Source: Priapulus caudatus
Taxonomy: Eukaryota
NCBI RefSeq assembly: GCF_000485595.1
Contig: NW_014577081.1
Span: 258,163 to 322,162 of the forward strand
Direction: 5' to 3'
Length of the DNA: 64,000 nucleotides
This document shows, piece by piece, positions 10,833 through 22,907 of the stretch; positions within the stretch are counted from its first letter, which is position 1, and the number at the start of each line of letters is the position of its first letter. Under the pieces are notes generated by a model. It searched no databases and had not been told where the DNA came from. It was given only the letters and a program-made list of their open reading frames with translations. Made by a program: the position numbers and the translations under genes.

Positions 10833-11733
10833 CCCGGGGGGGGGGTGTCACTTTATATATATTGCATGGTAGGTATGTGCCGCGGGAGAGACCCCCATTT
10901 TCAACCCTAAACTTTCGTTCCAGTGCATCGCATTTTTAAGAATATCTCGTTCCAGAGCATCACAAGTTTAGTTACCATGCAGATCTTACATGTTTGCCGT
11001 TCCGGAGACCCTAGTTTTTAATATTTCCGTTCCAGTGCATCGTACATCAGAAAACGTTGAAGACTGAAGCTAATTAATGTATGGTTTGGTTAACTTACTT
11101 TCAAGTTTTTGCTGTGTGTGTGTTGTGTGTGCGTGTGTGTGTATGTGTGTGTGTGTGTGTGTTGTGTGTGTGTGCTGTGTGTGGTGTGTGTGTGTTGTGT
11201 GGTGCGCGCCGCGCCGTGTGTGTTGTGTGTTTGGTGTGTGTGTTGTGTGTGAGTGTCCGTGTGTTGTGCTGTGCCGTGCGTACGCGTGCGTGCGTGCGCT
11301 GCGTGCCGTGCCGTGGCCCGTACGCGGTACCGCGCGTGCGTGCGTGCGTGTGCGTGCGTTCATCTCTGTCTGGGTCATGTTTTTCTCTCCTGTACATAAT
11401 ACAACAATTGTTGGTTCAAGTGCTACAACATAGATTTTAAAGCAAATCACAGTTCCCCCACAGTTCCGGCGACCCCCTCTTTTAAACGTGTCCAGTTCCA
11501 CATTGCATTTCAATGAAATCCTAGTTCCGGAGACCCCCATTATCGAACATAGCCAGCTCCAGAACATCCGACATTCAACAAACATTAGTTCCAGAAACCC
11601 ACATTTTCAGGTCTGAGTTAGTTCTAGAGCCCCCCATTTTTGACTTCGCAGTGGCACATACCTAACATAATGTGGGGTGGATGCCTCCCAGGTGTCATAC
11701 CTACTATAAACTATATAGGGAGTGCCTCCCCGG
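10833..11733. mobile_element. Probable non-autonomous DNA element with ccgggggg termini, interrupted by a (TG)n tract (11110-11360)
   Basis: ccccgggggg..cact at left, gagtgcctccccgg at right, and repeated gttccggagaccc motifs; a related inverted piece at ~10214-10460. Confidence 0.4.
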
Positions 11734-12414
11734 AAATCACTAATGGTTCTCACAAAACGTGGCGATAAACTCGACAGCAACATACATGATAAATCAAGTG
11801 CACCAAGGGCAAGTATGTACATGTATAACAATTAATCACTCTAAACGCAATTATGAAAACAAGTTCCGCGACTTGTACTAAAAATAGCAATATTACGCAC
11901 AATCCCGTGCCGTCGGTCATACTGGTAGTCAGTCTTGCATTTATTACGCGCAATCTTAAGATTGCGCTGCGCATTTTTCAGATCGCGCAGCGCAATCTAC
12001 CGATTTCATATTATAGGCTATAGTGTTATTGTAGAGATAACTTGGTTGATTTCTAGTCAAACGTGAGGTTCAAACGCCAGTTAAGAAGCCTGATGAAATG
12101 AAATGATATGAAATGCGCTGAACAGACACGAAGGTTCCTGATCATCGTTTCACTCATGCCAGTATGGTTTATGGCCGCAAACCAGCATCGTCTTCGCCTG
12201 TCCGACTTGCTTTTCGTCACTTCACTTTACGTTTTGCTCACGCTAGGCAGCCTAAAAAAGCCGTGTGGCTCTCTCCGATACCGATTGCTGCAGTTGACAA
12301 CACCGCACGAGAACGGTATTGTGATGGATTTGCAGAATAGGCAAATACAATGAGCAGAGAACAATGCATTGGGCTATGTACTTGTAGGCCTAATATGAGT
12401 GAACTAGACCACTG

Positions 12415-12492
12415 CCTACCACCACCACTGGCCACTGGCTACTGGCTACTGACCACTGACCACTGGCTACTGACCACTGGCTACTGACTGCC
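12415..12492. repeat. 7-bp tandem repeat (ccactgg/ctactga)
   Basis: Direct inspection, about 10 units. Confidence 0.85.
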
Positions 12493-12901
12493 AGCATGGC
12501 CACCGGCGTTGCATTGTGGGTAATTTTAAAATTCGCGGAACTCTCTATATAAGCAGTATCGAACGAGATGTACCTAAGTCTGTGACTTTTCCTGAAGGGA
12601 TGCACGCATACCTGTAACAAAATATATTTGAAACCACACGGATGTACGCTGTACGAAATCTACGAATGCGAATATATGTGAATAAATATCTACTACATAT
12701 CGATGTACGTTGCCATTATTTTTGCAACAGTTGGACAAAATATGCACGGATCATTTTCGAGAAAAATGCAAATCTAAAAAGTGGAACGGGCGTCTTGTAT
12801 TTAAATGAGAAGTTTACCACTTTTACAAAAGACACATATCTGAATTTTAAACGGAGATTTTGCCCGTAATATGCATATCATGGATCTGAGGACCGTTGCT
12901 A

Positions 12902-13147
12902 GTGTAGCGTTTTCCTGGTCTCCGTACCACTTATGTATCTTCTTCGCCGTCTCTAGATATGTCTCCTTTTTCTGTCGTACCCTTCACACGGGCTTGATAA
13001 GGCCCGTGCGTGCGTTGTGTTTTCTCAATCCCCCTTCGTCGTCTACACCCGACGTCAGCTCGTGAAGGGTACGACAGAAAAAGGAGACATATCTAGAGAC
13101 GGCGAAGAAGATACATAAGTGGTACGGAGACCAGGAAAACGCTACAC
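12902..13147. repeat. Perfect 86-bp inverted repeat with 74-bp spacer next to a 10-N gap
   Basis: 12902-12987 (gtgtagcgttttcctgg...gtacccttcac) is the reverse complement of 13062-13147. Confidence 0.9.
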
Positions 13148-13165
13148 ATACATACNNNNNNNNNN

Positions 13166-13470
13166 TGCCAGGCGGGTAGTTGAGGGTCCTCCTCCAGAAA
13201 ATGAGTATGCCGGAGTATCAAGTACCCCGGAGATGGTATTTGAGGCACTTTTGAGTACATGTCACGCGACATGTAAAAAGGAGACATTTTTGTTCGTTGC
13301 TCCTTGTTTTTCGTTTACTGCTCCCAAGATGTGTGACTGTTCAGTGGCGGATCCAGGATTCCAAGGAGGGGGAGGGGTGAAAACAGGCGGGGGGTATGGG
13401 GGTCCTCCCCCAGAAAATGAGTATGCCGGAGTATCAAGTACCCCGGAGATGGTATTTGAGGCATTTTTGT
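13166..13470 (+). repeat. ~215-bp tandem repeat family containing a cagtggcggatcc (hAT-MITE-like) end
   Basis: gaaaatgagtatgccggagtatcaagtaccccggagatggtatttgaggca recurs with ~215-bp period. Also at 25502-25830 (+), ~31330-31890 (-) and ~36725-37555 (-, about 4 units). Confidence 0.9.
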
Positions 13471-16119
13471 ACAGCCTTCATTTTGACTATATTCATTCGG
13501 ATCAACAGGGGGGCCATGGCCCCCTTTGGCCACCCCCCTAACTATCCCACTGGGTCAAACGTGGTTCATTTCCTGGTGAAACCTATGTCCTAAACCAGTG
13601 TCACTACTGTCATTTTGACTACATGCTTGTGTACTTGTGTTCTTGTGTACATTAACAAGATTTACGGCCACTGATGTGTAATGATACATATACTACATCA
13701 TAACACTATACTATATCATATATATATAACATCTATCATATATATATATATAACATCTATATCACTATATATAATGGTATAGTGTACTATATCATTACAC
13801 TATGTGCCACAGTGTAATGATACATATACTACGCGTTGAGGAAGTAAACTGCTAATTAGATTACTCCGTCGCGTCCTGCCGCGGCGCGGAACTGCGCGCA
13901 AGATCCGGGCTCAGCGGTCAGTAGGCCTATCAGTCTTCGTCGAGTCATCAGTCAGTCGACCTCCCTTCGGCGACGCTTCTCTAGTATCCAGTTTCTTCTG
14001 GATACTCCCCACAAATTATGTTACTATAATGTCGTCGTAAGGACACACGTATATCGTCGCAGCATGTGTATATGCTTTATAGGCACGTGATAGTACAGAT
14101 TATTATAGGTTCGAGTACAGCTAGATAGGCCTATATGTACAGAAGCACGGTACACAGACGATAGAATTACGACATAATAATAACGCATTGTTCCAACTTT
14201 TAACATTTCTAAACTCAATAACTGAGGAATTAGAACAGTTCATAACAATCTGTACGAACATGCTGTGAGGCACTTAACATATTGTACATTGGCATATTTG
14301 TGAGAGGAGACTCTGAACTGCAAATTTCTTTAAATCCTACTCGGCATGGCAAGTACATTATATCAGAAGCTAATAATGACAAATTTGTTATTATTAGCTC
14401 TTGATTATATTACAGTTCATTCTTCACTCTTCAATACAGTATATATTAAAGTAATTAATTAGCATATATAGTAATAAATAGATATCAGAAGTAGATGATA
14501 GGGATGTTTACCTATTATCTACTTCTGATATCNNNNNNNNNNNNNNNNNNNNNNNNNACGCCCCCTGCTTTCCCACTTCACTTCCTCTTTGCTCTGTCAT
14601 TCCACCTTACCTCACCATCGTCCCTCCCCCCCTACCTTCGAACTCACAACGTCCCTCCCCCGCCTCCCACTCCGCATGCCCCTGCCCACAGGAGTGGGTG
14701 CGCATGTTTCCGTACTAATTGTACCGGCCCGTTCCCGTCGGCATACACCGCGTATCACCGTTTTCTGTCCGTCTCAATTTAGCTACTCTCTCTCCTCTTT
14801 ATCTACTTTTCTCTCTCTCTTAATTATATTGCATAAGAATTAAAACGCCGCAGCGATGATGCCTCTTTATCCTGGCCACCCTGAATAATGCTTTCTCCTA
14901 TGCCCCTGAGTGTAACAGTCATAGAAATCATAATATAAGTGTCTTCTAATAATTTCTATGGTAAACAGCTTATGTGGCACCCAAGGACTGGTAAATGATA
15001 GCACGGCGCATAGCTACATGATCATATGTTAAGATTCAAGATGAAAAGTAAATATTATACTTATTATCACATATGGTACTAGTTATTATTTTATTCGTCT
15101 TAACAGAGAACGAAGTTAACATGAGGATAAAATCTAATTTAGATACCTTAGGGCCTATAGTTGCCATCGAGATATGGCGCGGTGCATAGTGTAATTCAGA
15201 TAATAAAGATCGGCTCGTTCCTCAAATCGCGTCCACACTTCAGGGTCAAGGCCTACCAAATCCCAGCCACCATACCACGTAAGTATATCAGCGCAGTTGG
15301 CTCAGCTGTGCGTTGAACAGGTGGCAGTTGCAGGTTGGCAGGCAACAATTATGATAAGAAGCGTGCCAGCCATGGGCTGCCCTGTGTTTTTGGGCCTTGT
15401 GAGCATTCACTGATTCAGCCTTGCAGGGCACCTAATCGGCAGGTGCTATAGAACACACTGCTTTAGATAAATCATATTCGATTTAAGGAGCGTAAACCTT
15501 GTTCAAAGCCAAACTATTTTGCTTTTGCAATTAAACTGTGCAACTTGTAGCCTCAACTTGAACACGGTAATGGGCTGCTAATGAATAGCGCAATCAAGCA
15601 GTTCAGTCTTTGCTTGACAGTGAAGCAAAATCCATGTTTAACCTCTCATTGAGGGTCAAAAGGTTATCGAACTCTTACTCTTGCACGCTATGTCCAGCAG
15701 AAGGGACTTTCCCCCCCCCCCATGGTCCGCTTCAATAAAGCCATAAAATGCTAGGCTCACCGCTGAAACAAAAGAAGTTTCAGTCGCTCGTCGTCAGACG
15801 AATGTCCTCAGAAAAGTCGTCTAAATATCGCCCCTGTCGCCCCACTGAAGCTTATGCACCTGTGAGCCTCCAATTTCGGCACAGTGATGGCTTTTTCCTA
15901 ACCAATGATGGCTATACCCGACTATGCAGCGCCTAGGTCGAGCGTTTAGATTGTGGCCGCAATTAATGCATTTCCTTCCTATACCTTAAGCTTAAGGAGT
16001 GAATGTTTTCTCCTCTTCTTTTTTAGCCCCTCTTGACGCTTACGCTTTGACCCCCAGCTTCGACATCCCAACTCTTTTTGACGATCCCGCGCCCGATGTC
16101 CCGAATATCGTGAGACCGT

Positions 16120-16252
16120 AGCGTCGAGGCGGTTTACGATTTGTGCCCAACTGTTGACGCACGACGCACGGAGCGGACGGTACGACGGAACGGACGGACG
16201 ATCAAGGCGATTCTCAAGCTTCATCCTGACTGATGATCAGATGAGCTAAAAA
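16120..16252 (-). mobile_element. Helentron/HINE-like non-autonomous element end
   Basis: Reverse complement begins ttttagctcatctga..., then a (gtcc)-type microsatellite and cgtcaacagttgggcacaaatc; matches 42146-42278. Confidence 0.55.
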
Positions 16253-16339
16253 TGCCGAGAATCGCAATCTATAAGACTTATTATAAACTCTCACTCCGAA
16301 GGGGGGGGGCTTACGATTGTTTATAAGCTTCGCCTTGGC

Positions 16340-19300
16340 GGCTCACTAGTCGAACGTACCTGGGTACGGTTCGATATATTGGAACGTACCCGTGGTAACT
16401 CAGGTTATTTAGGGTTACGGGTAGTATGGCATGCTCGATGGCAGAGTCCCTTAGACTCGTTGAGTGGAGTAGGCTATAGGTAGCGGTCCGGCATATAAAT
16501 ATAGTACCAGGGTTAGTTCCGGTATACGGAGCGTACCTCAGGTACGTTCCGGGCAGATACCCCCGGGGCATAGGACCCTATGCAGCACTAGTAGTATAAC
16601 TACGTAGTAGTGAGCTAGAAGTATTAACTCAGTACTACTAGTAAAGTACATATACTAGCTGTAGCTAGTACTAGTACTCGTAGTAGTATAGTAGTACTAG
16701 TAGTAATTAATAAGTATAGTAGTAGTATATAGTAGTACGTGTACCAGGGCGGATCGGCAGAGGGTTTGGGTGACGCAGTTTCGGCATAGTTCTAGCTCAC
16801 AGCTGGGGAGCTGAATTTTAAAAAAATGAGGCCTATATTTTGGGTGGGCACTCTCTAGGTGAATTTTTTGAAAGTCAATTCTGAAGATACCCATGGCAGT
16901 CTGTGACCCTTCGTTTCTGAAACCGGTGCAAACTGGCCTAAGATCTGCGCTCTGAGTAACTAGTAGTGCTCAGTAGGGTTATGTCCGTCACAGGCGTACT
17001 GCCGGAACGATACCCCTGGTAGGTCCCGTAATACCAGAACGTATACCAGAACGTACGCCTGGTGCACTATTTGATATGGTTAGGTGTTATGATTAGGGTT
17101 AGGGTTAGCAGATTAGGTTGTTAGGGTTAGGGTTAGCGGTTCGGGTTAGGGTTAGGGAGTAGTGCATGTGTAGGCGAGTCCCTAGACTCGTGTAGTGGAG
17201 TAGGCCTAATCAGGTACGGTCCGGCATATAATATAGTACCAGGGTACGTTCCGGTATACCGGACCGTACCCAGGGTACGTTCCGGCAGTATACCCCGGGG
17301 GACATAGACCCTATCAGCACTAGTAGTAGTACTAGTAGTAGTACTAGTAGTACTGGGTTAATTACCTATAATAATATAAAATGGTAGTACTGAGTCTCAC
17401 TAGTATAGTACTTAGTACTACTAGTATGCTAGTACTAGTACCTGTAGTAGTATAGCTAGTAGCTAGTAGTAATGACTAGTCTAGTAGTAGTATACTAGTA
17501 GTACTAGTACGCAGGGGCGTGAGATCGTAGGGTTTGGGTGACCAGTTTCCATAGTTCTAGTCACAGCTAGGGGAGTGAATTTTAAAAAAATGAGGCTATA
17601 TTTGGTGCACTCTAGTGAATTTTGAAAGTCAATTCTGAAGATACCCATGCAGTCTGTGACCGGTTTCTGGAAACCGGTGCAAACTGGCCTAAATCTGCGC
17701 CTGAGTACTAGTAGTGCTCATAAGAGGGTCTATTGTCCCCCCGGGTAACTGGCACGGACGTCACCGCTGGCGTACGGTCCGGTATAACCAGAACGTATAC
17801 CAGAAACGTACCCTGGTCACCTATTTGATATGGCTACGGGTTTGGATTAGGGTTACGGGTTATGGATTAGGTTTAGGGTTAGGGTTGGTTAGGGTTAAAG
17901 GGAGTATGCATGCGTAGAGGCGAGTCGCCTAGGACTCGTTAGTGAGTACGGCTATAGGTACGGTCCGGCATATGATATAGTACCAGGGTACGTTCCGGTA
18001 TACCGGACCGTACCCAGGGTACGTTCCGGCAGTATACCCCGGGGGACATATATATAGACCCTATCAGCACTAGTAGTAGTCAACTAGTATCTAGTGAGTA
18101 CATAGTAGTAGTACTAGCTAGTAGTATAGTACTACTAGTAACTAGTACTATACATACTTAGTAGTAGTACTAGTACTGGTACTAGTACTAGTAGTAGTAT
18201 ATAGTAGTACTAGTACCAGGGGCGGATCCAGAGGGTTTGGGTGACCAGTTTCCATAGTTCTAGTCACAGCTAGGGGGGTGAATTTTTAGAAAATGAGGCT
18301 ATATTTGGTGCACTCTAGTGAATTTTGAAAGTCAATTCTGAAGATACCCAGTCTGTGACCGGTTTCTGGAAACCGGATGGGCAAACTGGCCTAATCTGCC
18401 GGCCTGAGTATAGTATGCGTCATTAGGGTCTATGTCGCCGCCAGGGTACTGCCGGTAACGTACACGCTGGGTAACGGTCGGTTATACGTAGATTACGTAT
18501 TTACCAGACCGTTAACCCTGGTCAACTATTGTGATATGGGTTAGGGTTTGGATTAGGGTTAGGGTTAGGATTGTTTAGGGTTAGGTGTTCGGGTTAGGGT
18601 TAGGGAGTATGCATGCGTAGCGCGAGTCCTAGACTCGTGTATGGAGTAGGCTTAGGTACGGTCCGGCATTATATAGGTACCAGGGTACGTGGTCCGTATA
18701 CCGGGACCGTACCGCCAGGGTACGTTCCGGCAGTAATACACCCGGGGAATATATATAGACCCTATCAGCACTAGTAGTAGTACTAGTACTAGTAGTACTA
18801 GTAGTAGTACTAGTAGTAGTACTAGTACTACTAGTAATAGTACTAGTACTACTAGTAGTAGTACTAGTACTGGTAGCTAGTACTAGTAGTAGTATATAGT
18901 AGGTACTGATACCGAGGGGCGGAATCCAGAGGGTTTGGCGTGACGCAGTTTCCATAGTTTCTAGTCACAGCTAGGGGGGGTGAATTTTTAGAAAATGAGG
19001 CTATATTTGGTGCCACTATCTAGTGAATTATTTTGAAAGTCAATTCTGAAGAACCGCTAGTCTGTGACCGGTTTCTGGAACCTGTGCAAAACTGGCCTAA
19101 ATTCGGCCTGAGTACTAGTAGTGTGCATAGGGTCTATGTCCCCAGGGTACTGCCGGAACGTAACCCTGGGTACGGTCGCGGTATACCTGAACGTACTACT
19201 GCAGCAACGTACGGCCTGGGTCATATTTGTATGAGTTAGGTCTAGGATTAGGGTTGGTTAGGATTAGGTTTAGGGTTAGGGTTCGGGTTAGGGTTAGGGA

Positions 19301-19640
19301 GTTGCATGCGTAGGGCGAAGTCCACTCGCCGTTATGGAGTTTAAGGCTAATAGGTGCTACGGCTCGCGCGCATTATAATATTAGTACCAGGGTACGTTCC
19401 GGTATACCGCCGGACCATACCCGGTACGTTCGGCAGTACCCCGGGACAAGTCGACCCTATCAGCACATAGTAAGTCAGTACTACTAGTCAGTAACTACTT
19501 ACTAGTAGTAAATAGCTAGTACTACTAGTAATGAGGTAACTAGTCACTAATAGTAGTAGTAAGGCTAGTTACTGGTAGTAGTAGTAGTCGGGTGTAGGTA
19601 GTGGTCGGTGCTGGCTGGCGGGTAGCAGCAGCAGCTAATT
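16340..19640 (+). repeat. ~700-750-bp tandem satellite (about 4.5 units): hAT-like MITE + gctgatagg MITE + (TAGTAC/TAG)n
   Basis: The MITE right end ccctatcagc recurs at ~16586, 17318, 18068, 18769 and 19464. Each unit contains (ttaggg)-like tracts and caggggcggatcc...aatctgcgcctg. Confidence 0.92.
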
Positions 19641-21440
19641 TTATTGTCTACTCTAGGCGAGTAAAGCTATATAGTAGCCTATAGGCTATACATAATACAG
19701 TATAGTATTAATTAGGTGTTTAATATTAGGGTTAGGATTAAGGAGATTAGAGAAAATGCAGCTCTAGCGCGTTACGATAATAGCAAAAATACAAGCAGCT
19801 AAATATGTTAGACCAAGGTTATAAGGTAGTGTTAACTTGGTATACTATGCTACTTTTAATAAAGAAATTACCTTGTTTTGGCATAGTGATTTGTTGTACA
19901 GATCAACTGGCATGCGGTTTAGACTCCAAAAGTCCACCTGGCCATCTAAGAGTCTTTTGGGCATTGCCTGCGTCTTTTTGAATTTAAAAGTTTAATTAAA
20001 AGTAATATCGCTATATTTCTTAAAGTAACGCTATATAGAATACTATAAAGGCAAAGACAGATCGCTTGATAAAAATATTTTGGTCGCTAAATTTGGTCCT
20101 CATATTTTGGTGTAGCGTAGCTATCGGCCACGTAAGCCTCGATGTATTCGCAATATATACAGAATCGCAGCGTGGTGGCCGCACGCACCATAAGAAATGC
20201 TTGACGCATCAAAACCAGAAGATTGTATACATTGATTAACACATCTAATATGTAAGATAGTTACTAAAAATTCTTGGCTTCTTAGAGAACAATACAGCCT
20301 GTAAGCCATTAAGTGAACGAAGGTGGCGCTATTGACGCGCCATTTTCAGCGATAATATGAGCCTAATGTCTACAATACAACAGTGTATTGTTAGAAAGTA
20401 TTTCAACAATACACAGTGTATTGTTTGAAGGCTCGCTTAACAATACACAGTGTATTGTTCGATCAATACACTGTGTATTGTTTAGTTACCAGCGATTATC
20501 TGCATCTTAAAACGTCTGTTTTGAAGACCCCGCCCCAAAAAAAGTCACTTAAGTCGGAGGGGGACGGCCTCTCCACCGCTCGTCCCCGCTGCCCTCGCCT
20601 CGCTGCCTGCTCTGCTCCTCAAATGGTCCCTTCACTTTTGAGAAGCTGTTGACGCCCTTGCGCGCTACTATAGATCGCCGATGAATCTAAACTCTGGCGT
20701 ACAGTACAGCGTAAAATACAACTTCACACTCACCACGTGGCGACGGTTGTATCCTCCGTTTGCGGCATGCTACCTGTAGTCAACTAGAGAGAAATATACT
20801 GTGGTGTCTGCGTGTGCAGACAGTCGCACTGTTCAGATAAATAGCATCGGTCAACGTCTGAAAATTTCGTCGTTTCGTGCGATCTTTAGTAAAACCTTTA
20901 GGGGCATACGCCCCGGCATCAATTCATGGCCGCAGCGTGTGCGCGCCAGGGGTCGTATCGCGCTAGCATGGTCTAACCCTTCGCCCTCGAAGACGAAGTG
21001 AATGCTTAAGCTCTGAGATTACCCTTGTGATAAGTCATGTTTCCTGTCACGCACATCACAGTATTAAGCCACGCAACATCACGCCCACAGTTTCCTTCAT
21101 ACAACGGTGGGAATCAAACGTGATCACGGATGCTGTGCATCGACGCTGGGAGCTGCTGAGACTACGCAGAGTAGGATGCGGGAATATGAGGCAGCCAGTG
21201 AAGCAGTCGTTACAATTCTACATAAACAGTACATGTATATAATTAAAGTAATTAATTAGGCATATATAGTAATAAATAGATATCAGAAAGTAGATAATAG
21301 GGATGTTTTCCTATTATCTACTTCTGAATTATATATGTATATATACATTACATATATATACTAATATAGTATATATATTATAGTATATATATATGTATGT
21401 ATATACATATAAGATGTACAGAGTAGATAATAGGAAAACA
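19640..21440 (+). repeat. Block duplicated directly at ~27990-29950; its distal part recurs at 34755-35680 (+) and 21580-22372 (-)
   Basis: Shared anchors such as gagtcttttgggcattgcctgcgtctttttgaatttaaa, caatacacagtgtattg repeats, agctgttgacgcccttg and gaatgcttaagctctga. Confidence 0.9.
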
Positions 21441-21518
21441 TAGATTTACGGCCACTGATGTGTAATGATACATATACTACATCATAACACTATACTATAT
21501 CATATATATATAACATCT

Positions 21519-21581
<63 letters not shown>

Positions 21582-22209
21582 CAGAAGTAGATAATAGGAA
21601 AACATCCCTATTATCTACTTCTGATATCTATTTATTACTATATATGCTAATTAATTACTTTAATATATACATGTACTGTATGTAATGTAACGAACTGTTC
21701 ACGGCTGTCTCATATTCCCGCATCCTATCGCGTGTCTCAGCATCCCAGGTCGATGCACAGCATCCGTGATCACGTGATTCCCACCGGTTGTATGAAGGAA
21801 ACCTGTGGGGTGATGTGTGGCTTATCATGTGATGTGCGTGACATAAAACATGACTTGATCACAAGGGTAATCTCAGAGCTTAAGCATTCACGTTCGTCTT
21901 CGAGGGCGAAGGGTTAGACATGCTAGCGCGTACGACCCTGGGGCGACACGCTGCGGCCAGATGATGGCCGGGGCGTGCCCCTAAAGGTTTTACTAAAGAT
22001 CGCACGAACGACGAATTTCAGACGTTGACGATAGCTATTTATCTGAACATGCGACTGTCTGCACACGCAGACACACAGTATATTTCTCCTAGTTGACTAC
22101 AGGTAGCATCCCTAACGGATGGATACCGTCGACGTGGTGAGTGTGGAAGTGTATTTAGCTGTACTGTACGCTCAGAGTTTAGATTCATCGGCGAATCTAT
22201 AGTAGCGCT

Positions 22210-22885
22210 CAAGGGCGTCAACAGCTTCTCAAAAGTGAAGGGGACATTTTGAGGGAGCAGAGCGAGGGAGCGGAGCGACGGAGCGGGGGGAGGGTGTGGG
22301 AGAGGGCGTCCCCCCTCCGACTGTAAGGACTTTTTTTGGGGGGAGGGTCTTAAAAACAGACGTTTTAATGCATTGTAAAGTAAAAATCAAGCAAAGTTTA
22401 TGATGCTGAAAAATTAGTAGTTTATACAGAAAATACAGAAATTCTCTGTGGTGTGATCTGAGGCATTTTCCAACCATTTTCATTCATTCTTTTAAAGCAT
22501 ACACCTTTTCAAGATTTCTCTCATTTAAAAAAAAATTTGATCCGCGACAACACTTTCAAGTGCGGCTATGATACTGATACTATCGTCGCAACCTTAACCC
22601 GGCCCGCTCGGCCCGCACGTAAAATACATATTGTAACTCTACGGCGGCATGGCAGCGTTGCCGGCCGGATTTGGAATTGTACAAGGTGGTAACAAATTAT
22701 CGTCTGGGGTGGAAATAATATTTCCCATGCGGTTGAACAATCAACACGCAGAAACAAGAAGAAGGAAGTGCTTTTCAGTCATGGTTCTGATCCCCAAAAA
22801 GTGAAGGGGGACAAATGATATGACGTCCCCCCACTTTTAAAAAGGGGGGCATGTCCCCCCTGTACCCCGCCTGTTGACGCCCTTG
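22210..22885. mobile_element. hAT-like MITE
   Basis: Perfect 15-bp TIR caagggcgtcaacag / ctgttgacgcccttg with G/C-run subtermini; the 8-bp TSD is not convincingly conserved. Confidence 0.65.
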
Positions 22886-22907
22886 GCTGCGTGTACCAAT
22901 CAATCAA

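Noticed and set aside
11840..11920. MTDGTGLCVILLFLVQVAELVFIIAFR as the signal-peptide exon of the ZP-N gene
   Set aside because: Hydrophobic and on the right strand, but there is no strong donor or phase-consistent link; unsupported without RNA-seq.
17085..19300. TTAGGG tracts as a telomere or chromosome-fusion site
   Set aside because: Short, degenerate and always at a fixed position inside the MITE.
16340..19640. Palindrome-containing tandem units as a CRISPR-like array
   Set aside because: Units are ~700 bp with identical rather than unique spacers, there are no cas genes, the context is eukaryotic, and the structure is explained by MITE TIRs.
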